A stretch of DNA of 52,797 bases from a virus. Taxonomy: Duplodnaviria; Caudoviricetes. Shown one piece after another: positions 46,200-52,797 of the stretch. The notes beneath the pieces are model-generated. The model saw nothing but the letters and a program-made list of their open reading frames with translations, was not told where the DNA came from and searched no databases. How positions within the stretch are numbered: the first letter of the stretch is position 1; every line of letters starts with the position of its first letter. The stretch covers positions 1 to 52,797 of IMG/VR virus record IMGVR_UViG_3300023179_000145. One strand, 5' to 3'. Both the position numbers and the translations under genes were made by a program.

Positions 46200-47768
46200 C
46201 TACATCATTACAGAGATGAACGGATAGGGTTCAATAATTTCGGATTCATGGTCCCGCATCTGTGTGTCCAGTTCTGTATAGAAGTTCTGCAAGGTAACCA
46301 ACATACGCACAGCCAGGATCATGGCCATAATCAAATCGTCGGTTTCGCCGGGTTTGGCCGCATAACCGGTGCCATGTGCCACAAAATTCTTGAGTTCGCT
46401 GATCAAACTGGCACTGTTTACTCGCATGCGCCCCGACTCGATCAGGTTCTTTAGTTTGGAACAAGCAGCAAGTTTGTTCTTGTTTGTGGTGTTGTAGCCC
46501 TTGCGGAATCTGCGTGAACTAACACTGGCAGTATCACTGAGGAAGTAGCCCTTGATGTTTTCTTCACCATATTCCTGAATGGAGATCAGGGCAGCTTCAC
46601 CAATGGTGTTGTTTTCTACTGAGTAGTAGATGCTCTTGTCATCGGCTACAGTTTCATATATGTGTTTGATGATGTCGGCCATGATGCGGACTTGTTCAGG
46701 AATAGGCGTTCGGTTATGTCGCCATTCACCTACTTGTCTTGTGGTGTTGGCTTCCAAAATCTGTATAGCAGCAGGGTCGCCACCAGTGCCTAAGCTGGGG
46801 TCCAATGCCACAACATACACTTGATCTCGGCGTATGGGCTCATACCAACGCACTTGTCCTGTTCTATGTATAGGATCCTGGGACGCAAGATCCAACAGCT
46901 TGGCAGGAGCAATAAGTGTTTCATCATTGATAATGAATTCACAATTCATCTCACGGCGGAATCGATCGTCGCCCAACTGTGCTCGCATTGATTCGCCCCA
47001 GGCCGCATCACGGTCTGGATGGTCTTCCCAGTAGCTGCGATAGGCCTTGAATCCGTTTATTCCCAACTTGGTAGGATTGCCGTACTCATCTTCGCACTTG
47101 TTGGCCCCTTTCCACAAGAAAGCAAACTGATCTTCGTCCGAGTTAGGAGTTGATGTGATGATGGCTTTACCACCAGTGGCCAATGTGGGCGATATGGATG
47201 TCCAAAACTCTTTGGCTATGGTAGGACGCACATACGCAAATTCATCTGCGTACAGCAAGGTAATACTCATACCACGACCAGTTGTTTCTGTTGTGGTAGC
47301 TGAAACTATTCGGCTGCCGTTTTCAAAGTCTATGGAACCTTTGTTGTAGTTTGTGGCACCTGCTCTGATGTGATCCGGGCATAGTTCATATGCAAAACGA
47401 ATACGTTGCATGATTTCCTGAGCACCTGTGTATTTGTGTGCTGCAATTAGGATTGTTGAGTCTGGCACAAACATAGCGTACCACAGGATGTAACCAGCAG
47501 CACTGGTTGATTTTCCTGTCTGCCTAGGCATCATGGAGATTGAATATCTATTGTGATGATAGGTATCAATCAGTTTTTTTTGATATTCAAAAGGATGATA
47601 CAGCATCTTGCCTTGAGTAGGATGCTGTATATAGAAGAAGTGGTCCATAAAATAATGCGGACCTGTATCCGGGTCGGCGCATTTTAAGAACTCTTCTAGT
47701 TGTTCTTCTGTGAATTTTTGACGACGATGTGGTGCCTTGACCAGTACCCCTTCAATTGGTTTTGCCAT
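46200..47768 (-). CDS. Terminase large subunit (gp17-like)
   Basis: PRQTGKS, YADEFA, ITSTPN, FRRE, ALDPS, DDLIMA. Confidence 0.96.
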   Translation of the reverse strand: MAKPIEGVLVKAPHRRQKFTEEQLEEFLKCADPDTGPHYFMDHFFYIQHPTQGKMLYHPFEYQKKLIDTYHHNRYSISMMPRQTGKSTSAAGYILWYAMFVPDSTILIAAHKYTGAQEIMQRIRFAYELCPDHIRAGATNYNKGSIDFENGSRIVSATTTETTGRGMSITLLYADEFAYVRPTIAKEFWTSISPTLATGGKAIITSTPNSDEDQFAFLWKGANKCEDEYGNPTKLGINGFKAYRSYWEDHPDRDAAWGESMRAQLGDDRFRREMNCEFIINDETLIAPAKLLDLASQDPIHRTGQVRWYEPIRRDQVYVVALDPSLGTGGDPAAIQILEANTTRQVGEWRHNRTPIPEQVRIMADIIKHIYETVADDKSIYYSVENNTIGEAALISIQEYGEENIKGYFLSDTASVSSRRFRKGYNTTNKNKLAACSKLKNLIESGRMRVNSASLISELKNFVAHGTGYAAKPGETDDLIMAMILAVRMLVTLQNFYTELDTQMRDHESEIIEPYPFISVMM

Positions 47769-47788
47769 AGTCAGTTAGTTATACAAAA

Positions 47789-48598
47789 TCAGTCTGATCG
47801 GCCACATTTGGCTCGTTTGGTTTGGGTGAGTTTGCCAAAATCCACAGGCCATTCTTGTCCTGGATTGAGTTCTTGGGCACTTGGCGGAAATGCAAATTGT
47901 ACACCAGCTGCTTGTTGAATCTGTGAGATAGGCAAGCGGAATCGGGTCAAATCATTGCCCAAATTAGGATAAGGTGCCGTGTGTGGGAATGCCCACCCTG
48001 CTGTTTCATTGGTTTGATTGTTGATCACAATCTTGTAGAACCCATGTGGAACTATTACCCCGGCTCCAATCTTTTTGTCTTGTGCATTGTACACTGCACC
48101 TACATAGATGGTATAACTTTGATTATGTTGTACTGCCCATCCACGCACACTGGTTTCCAGCAATTTCCATATACCTCTGTTTAGGCTACCTGCTTGTGGA
48201 ACCATATTGGTCATCAAGAATGATTCATATTCCACTTGTGGATCCCAGCTTAGGTCACCGTCGGGGCTCATATGGCCTTTATCGTAACCAGTGCCGGCGT
48301 AGTCATCAGGAGTGGCACCATTTTTCACTGATTGGTCAGTGGCGAATGCATTGGTTCTCGCTACACATCCTAATGCATTTGGTGGTGTAAGTTCGTAGGT
48401 CACATAGCGTGGTATTTTGGCAACAGGATCATAGCCCACGAGATATGCTTGTCTACATATAAGTTGTGTACCCGTAGTTAATGGGAACCCATAAGGAGCA
48501 TGCACCTGACATGCTTGTGGCGGATTGGGTGCGCGTTGTGTCCACGCATATGCTGTGGCTACAAGAGAGATTAAAGAGATTACCAAAAGTTTTTTCAT
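47789..48598 (-). CDS. DNA/RNA non-specific endonuclease (NucA/Serratia-type) with a signal peptide
   Basis: MKKLLVISLISLVATAYA signal; YDKGH, FLMTNMVPQ, LNRGIWKLLE, VPHGFYK. Confidence 0.92.
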   Translation of the reverse strand: MKKLLVISLISLVATAYAWTQRAPNPPQACQVHAPYGFPLTTGTQLICRQAYLVGYDPVAKIPRYVTYELTPPNALGCVARTNAFATDQSVKNGATPDDYAGTGYDKGHMSPDGDLSWDPQVEYESFLMTNMVPQAGSLNRGIWKLLETSVRGWAVQHNQSYTIYVGAVYNAQDKKIGAGVIVPHGFYKIVINNQTNETAGWAFPHTAPYPNLGNDLTRFRLPISQIQQAAGVQFAFPPSAQELNPGQEWPVDFGKLTQTKRAKCGRSD

Positions 48599-48607
48599 AT
48601 TATGTGT

Positions 48608-48835
48608 TTATGCAATAAAAGAATGTGCTAAGGAAATACGCACAATATCCACAGCCGCATTTGACTGCCCATACGGAACTAGCACACTGGTAGTTGTGGT
48701 CACAGCAGTGTTAGAAAAAGTAGCCACAATTGCGGGAGTTATGGCCCCGATGGCTGTGGCAAATATCTGCACATTGGTAGCACGACTGGTGTCAGTGAAG
48801 TTTTCAGCAGCCACAATATCAACTCGACCAGTTGA
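48608..48835 (-). pseudogene. Possible tail-fibre gene remnant
   Basis: STGRVDIVAAENFTDTSRATNVQIFAT resembles fibre segments; no proper start; overlaps the upstream ORF out of frame. Confidence 0.35.
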
Positions 48836-49134
48836 TTCATGTCATCCTCGCCATTGGGTTGCGTTATAAAATAATCCTGCTGTGTTTCTGCATCATTGTG
48901 ACCTTGGCTAAGACTTAAATGATGTGCAGGAACATGGCCGTCTTGATCAGGAACATTTAGTGAATAGATATTGTTCACATCTACTGCTTTTTTTAATAAT
49001 TCTAATTTGAGTTGCAATGGTGGTACAAAGCGTTGAGGTGCAAGGTCGCCTTCATTGTTATTGACTTCTGTTGATGATTGACGTTCTAGATCAATTACAT
49101 CGGCTAAGTTTCTTAAAAGTTCGGCGATTTTCAT
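48739..49134 (-). CDS. Hypothetical protein, C-terminus possibly altered by a deletion
   Basis: MKIAELL start; FVPPLQLKLELLKK. Confidence 0.6.
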   Translation of the reverse strand: MKIAELLRNLADVIDLERQSSTEVNNNEGDLAPQRFVPPLQLKLELLKKAVDVNNIYSLNVPDQDGHVPAHHLSLSQGHNDAETQQDYFITQPNGEDDMNQLVELILWLLKTSLTPVVLPMCRYLPQPSGP

Positions 49135-49141
49135 AATATGA

Positions 49142-49534
49142 TTACCTTGGATAGCCGTTGAAAGCCTTTACTGGACTTGTTTTGTCTACATCTGGTGCTT
49201 CTTCACTGGCCATGGTACCAATTTGTACAGCATCACTTGATGGCATATTCATAGAATGTAGTGCATCATCAATGTAATTTTTCACATGCGGATCATAACT
49301 CACGATCATCATATCTTCACCAAACACGCTGCTGGGTCCATCAAATGGTGGAACATCGTCTAGGGCTCGTTGTGCAGCACCTTTGGCACCAGCGATAGCC
49401 ACACCAAATCTGTATTGTAGATATGGATCGTTGTTTTGTAGTTTGGGTATCTTGAATGCACCGGGCAAGGCCAAGCCTACATCACGAGTGATTGTGCCGG
49501 TGCGTCCTTCAGTGACAAATTCACTGGCTCTCAT
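49142..49534 (-). CDS. Hypothetical virion protein, paralogue A
   Basis: MRASEFVTE...YRFGVAIAGA...SPVKAFNGYPR. Confidence 0.75.
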   Translation of the reverse strand: MRASEFVTEGRTGTITRDVGLALPGAFKIPKLQNNDPYLQYRFGVAIAGAKGAAQRALDDVPPFDGPSSVFGEDMMIVSYDPHVKNYIDDALHSMNMPSSDAVQIGTMASEEAPDVDKTSPVKAFNGYPR

Positions 49535-49905
49535 CGCTTGTAGCCTTTGAATGCTTTGACTGGACTGTGTTTGTGAGTGTCCGGCATTTCTGTGCTGTGA
49601 TGATCACTGATCAGTGATTTGCCTTCATGTGGCACAGCACCCATGGCTTGATGAACCATGTTCACTTCTTCTTCAGTATACGGATGCAAGGTATTGTATT
49701 TTTCGTTCCAACTTGCACTGGGACTGTTCACTGCTTTGCGACTCTTGCCGTCGGCCATGGCCACTGCCATGCCAAATCTGTTTAGCCAATAGATGCGATC
49801 ATAACCGCCGGTGTCTCTAGCACGGATAACAGTCTGCATCTGATTCTCGGCATGACCGGGAATAGGTGTTTCTTTAGACTCAGATACAAATTCTTTGGCT
49901 CGCAT
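49531..49905 (-). CDS. Hypothetical virion protein, paralogue B
   Basis: MRAKEFVSE...NRFGMAVAMA...SPVKAFKGYKR. Confidence 0.75.
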   Translation of the reverse strand: MRAKEFVSESKETPIPGHAENQMQTVIRARDTGGYDRIYWLNRFGMAVAMADGKSRKAVNSPSASWNEKYNTLHPYTEEEVNMVHQAMGAVPHEGKSLISDHHSTEMPDTHKHSPVKAFKGYKR

Positions 49906-49906
49906 G

Positions 49907-50230
49907 TTAGATGCCGTTTGAGCCTGCTGTGGCAGATGATGCTGTGCCCAATGCTGTGGCACTGAATCCTGATCCTGACAGGATGTTCAAGTAATTGCCT
50001 GCACCAACATAGTATTGTTGTGTGGTGTTGCTGCCAACCACAATAGCATTTGCATACAAGTTGCCTGTAGATGTAGACATTGTGGCATTTGCAGGGACAC
50101 CATTGGCTTGTACATAGGTCAACTGCACCACTGAAACTTGAAAAGTTACATTAGCAGCAGTAGTAGCAATTTCCACTTTGTCTGTGGTCCAGGCCACATT
50201 GCTTACAGCGTTCACAACTTGAATAGCCAT
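49907..50230 (-). CDS. Probable virion structural protein
   Basis: A/T/N/V-rich beta composition; AAGGA RBS. Confidence 0.65.
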   Translation of the reverse strand: MAIQVVNAVSNVAWTTDKVEIATTAANVTFQVSVVQLTYVQANGVPANATMSTSTGNLYANAIVVGSNTTQQYYVGAGNYLNILSGSGFSATALGTASSATAGSNGI

Positions 50231-50433
50231 TATTTGTTATCCTTATTAAGATCTGTTACATTTACAGGACGAAACAGATTTGTAGTCTGACTCAACACTC
50301 CGGGAATCATAGCAGGTTGATTACGCACCTCTGAGGGTGTAGGTGCTGGCGGATGTCTTTCCGCCAGCCTACTCATGGTTTCTGCGTATGTTTGAAATTG
50401 CTGTGTCATATTATTACTTAGAGAATCCGGCAA
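50230..50433 (-). CDS. Small hypothetical protein
   Basis: Stop overlaps the next start; the true start is probably MTQQF. Confidence 0.55.
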   Translation of the reverse strand: MPDSLSNNMTQQFQTYAETMSRLAERHPPAPTPSEVRNQPAMIPGVLSQTTNLFRPVNVTDLNKDNK

Positions 50434-52797
50434 TTTCCATCATGCGACGCAGTTCGTGATCACCATTATATCCCATACGATCATCTTGTCCAGCAATCAC
50501 AGGAACAGTAGTTTGCCCAGTTGACTTAGGACCATCTAACCCACCTGAGTACATCATGGCATCACCTGAGCCTTCTTGATCTGTGGGCCAATCTGGCTCG
50601 TTGTTGGTGGCAGTTGTATCACCGTATGCTTCATGTACTTCGTCACATTCGCAATCTGTAGACCCACATGCAGAGCATGGCTCGTTACCGTGATCGTGAT
50701 CCATGTCATGTATAGCACTCATATCATGTTCCATGTCATGTATAGCACTCATGTCGTCGTGGTCTTGAGAGCCAAGCCCAGCTGATTTCAACAGCATGGC
50801 CAACTGTAGTGCATCCTCATCAGTGGCAGTAACAGTGAGTGTATTGCTAGGACCGCCGTGTGAGTCGTTGTTCATGCTCATGTTTATGCTCATGGATTCG
50901 GCAATCATTTTTTCAACTTGTAGATCCAAACTGTCGTAGATACCTTTGCCGTAGCTGGTTCCGCCACCCGACTTGGGTGCTGCACTGCTGGCGGCAACTG
51001 AACCAGATGTAGTAGTCTCATCAACTTCTTTTTTCTTTGGTTCAGTCCTGGCTGATCCCGTTTTCTTTGGTTCAGCCTTGACTGGCAATCCTTCACGCTT
51101 GGTACTGGCAAAATCTTTGACATCGCCTTTCTTCATGGTCTTGGCTACTTTCTTCAATTCAGGGCTTGCGCCTTTGATTTTTTCGCCTTTTTGCATGGCA
51201 TGTGCCATACCCATGAACTTTTGCTGTTTCTGACTCACTGCTTTTTCTTCAATTTCTTCGCTGTCGTTATCGCCTTGTTGGTTCTGCATGTAGTCATCCA
51301 CAGCAGTCATCATACCTTCGATCTTGGCCAACTTGGCTTGTACCCATTCAGGCAAGTTGTCGTTATCGCCAAGAATCTTTTCCAATGCCTGTGCGTGACG
51401 CACTACAGTTTTGATATCATCCTTGGCCATTGCACCTTCTTGGTCGTATTCACCTTGATCTGCTGGATCCATGTCATCTTCACGAGTCATCAGCTTGGAT
51501 TTTCCAGTATTGATTTTGGCACCAATCTTTTTGCCCATTCCGGCACCAACTCGACGACGCCCTGCTGCACCACTTGGTGCATCATCTGCACCTGCATCAT
51601 GCCCAGCACCACTGTAACTCTTGCCTGCATGGTGACGTGTTACACCTGCACGGCTGGTATCAATTCTACCACCTGTGCTTGATTTGCGGCTATAGGGATC
51701 GTCATCCATGAATCCTTCTTCCATATCACGATTGCGACCGCGTACAGCTTTCTTCATGGCCATGGCCGCTACATCGCCTAACATCTCATCAACTTCTTTC
51801 TTGGCACCGACAATCTTGTCAGCAAAAGTGATCTTGTCCACAGGGGGTGCTAGTTTAGCAAATTTCTGTTGCTTAGGAGTCATTGGAATGCCACCTTCTT
51901 TCATTGTGGGATTGGTTGGTCCTGGAGTGTTAGGACTCCAACGCTTGCCTTTGTTTGGTCCTGAGGTCACAATGGGATATTGACCGTCTGGGCCTTTTGC
52001 AGGAGGCGCTGTAGAACCGTCTAGATCCATTGGGGGCATAGCATTGGGTGCTTCGCCTACCATTTTGTGACGTGTGGTTGGCAACTTGGTCTTAGGTGAT
52101 ACTTTCTTAGAAAAAGCACTCCAATCAGGCTTGATGACTTCACCTGTGGTGCTGTCTGCGCCTAGGCGAGGGCGACCACGACCACGCTGGGTAGGTGGTG
52201 CTTTGTAGTCATCGTCATAGCTTGTACCATAAGTGCCTTTGTGTATTCTACCAGTGCTGGTTTGAGTTGTTTCACCTTCCGTCACACCTTTGGTAACACT
52301 TTTTCTTTCACTTGCCGCCAATCTTTTATGTTTTTCGTATGCTTGTTTGTAATGATTGGCCATTAGGGAATTTCCACTACGAACCGCTTGAATGTATGCT
52401 TCATGGGCTAGTCTGGCCAGTTCTGAGTGACTCTTTGCGCCTTCCGTCACACCTTGCTCTGTTTGTGTTGGATAAAAATAATTTTTATATTCAGGATTTG
52501 TTGCTATAAATTTATCAACAAGTTTTCCCCATACCTGTTCAACTTGTTTGTCAAATGATTCGTCAAAATCCTTATTTTGCCATTTTCCTAAATTAGCAAC
52601 ATATTCATATGCTTGATTATACAACTTGTTAGAAACTACTTTTGCTTGTTTTTTAAATTTATTTCCACTACCTTCCGTCACACCTTGCTCTGTTTGTGTT
52701 GGATAAAAATAATTTTTATATTCAGGATTTGTTGCTATAAATTTATCAACAAGTTTTCCCCATACCTGTTCAACTTGTTTGTCAAATGATTCGTCAA
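50414..52797 (-). CDS. Large modular low-complexity protein, probable internal-head polyprotein (starts outside the window)
   Basis: Frame is open to the window edge; repeated GVTEG and [VIM]xE motifs; EKAVSQKQQKFMG module; ends ELRRMMEIAG. Confidence 0.8.
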   Translation of the reverse strand, partial: DESFDKQVEQVWGKLVDKFIATNPEYKNYFYPTQTEQGVTEGSGNKFKKQAKVVSNKLYNQAYEYVANLGKWQNKDFDESFDKQVEQVWGKLVDKFIATNPEYKNYFYPTQTEQGVTEGAKSHSELARLAHEAYIQAVRSGNSLMANHYKQAYEKHKRLAASERKSVTKGVTEGETTQTSTGRIHKGTYGTSYDDDYKAPPTQRGRGRPRLGADSTTGEVIKPDWSAFSKKVSPKTKLPTTRHKMVGEAPNAMPPMDLDGSTAPPAKGPDGQYPIVTSGPNKGKRWSPNTPGPTNPTMKEGGIPMTPKQQKFAKLAPPVDKITFADKIVGAKKEVDEMLGDVAAMAMKKAVRGRNRDMEEGFMDDDPYSRKSSTGGRIDTSRAGVTRHHAGKSYSGAGHDAGADDAPSGAAGRRRVGAGMGKKIGAKINTGKSKLMTREDDMDPADQGEYDQEGAMAKDDIKTVVRHAQALEKILGDNDNLPEWVQAKLAKIEGMMTAVDDYMQNQQGDNDSEEIEEKAVSQKQQKFMGMAHAMQKGEKIKGASPELKKVAKTMKKGDVKDFASTKREGLPVKAEPKKTGSARTEPKKKEVDETTTSGSVAASSAAPKSGGGTSYGKGIYDSLDLQVEKMIAESMSINMSMNNDSHGGPSNTLTVTATDEDALQLAMLLKSAGLGSQDHDDMSAIHDMEHDMSAIHDMDHDHGNEPCSACGSTDCECDEVHEAYGDTTATNNEPDWPTDQEGSGDAMMYSGGLDGPKSTGQTTVPVIAGQDDRMGYNGDHELRRMMEIAGFSK
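50701..50752 (-). repeat. 30-bp-period tandem duplication (DMSAIHDMxH twice)
   Basis: ccatgtcatgtatagcactcat at 50701 and 50731. Confidence 0.9.
52275..52686 (-). repeat. Three identical 16-bp direct repeats, AAGGTGTGACGGAAGG on the minus strand
   Basis: CCTTCCGTCACACCTT at 52275-52290, 52440-52455 and 52671-52686; spacings 165 and 231 bp, both in frame. Confidence 0.93.
52440..52797 (-). repeat. Tandem duplication with a 231-bp period, truncated by the window edge
   Basis: 52440-52566 is identical to 52671-52797. Confidence 0.9.

Noticed and set aside
52275-52686. CRISPR-like repeat-spacer array
   Set aside because: Repeats are 16 bp with 149-215 bp in-frame coding intervals inside one ORF.
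1-52797. Alternative genetic code or stop read-through explaining the split genes
   Set aside because: Conserved genes are intact in the standard code, and every split has an intervening gene and separate starts.
1-52797. Many short antisense or nested ORFs in the track (e.g. 468-914, 911-1492, 28507-29205, 43027-43653, 51191-51682)
   Set aside because: They are shadows of well-supported genes on another frame or strand and have no motifs.
1-52797. tRNA or rRNA genes
   Set aside because: Intergenic gaps are short and I saw no cloverleaf or T-loop signature; a tRNAscan-SE run would confirm.

Overview
A segment of a large T4-like (Caudoviricetes) phage genome, mostly encoded on the minus strand. 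It carries replication and recombination genes (split nrdA, gp41 helicase, primase, gp62-like, uvsW, uvsX, uvsY, gp32), terminase gp17, iscU/iscA, an ~11 kb glycosyl/methyltransferase cluster with gmd, a very small DnaE-like polymerase, a signal-peptide nuclease and many probable virion proteins. Nine putative homing-endonuclease genes (HEGs) are present, none with a recognisable intron, and they are tolerated in different ways. (1) uvsW is broken into three genes that would need two different split inteins, one atypically split, to be rejoined. (2) gp41 is broken by a gp41-8-like split intein. (3) nrdA is broken at the active site and keeps only degenerate intein-like tails. (4) Two HEGs sit near a gene end, supply a synonymously recoded replacement terminus and leave the original terminus as a stub on their far side. 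(5) The rest are intergenic. At the right edge, a probable internal-head polyprotein contains in-frame cassettes bounded by an identical 16-bp repeat encoding GVTEG. All calls come from reading motifs; no database searches were run.
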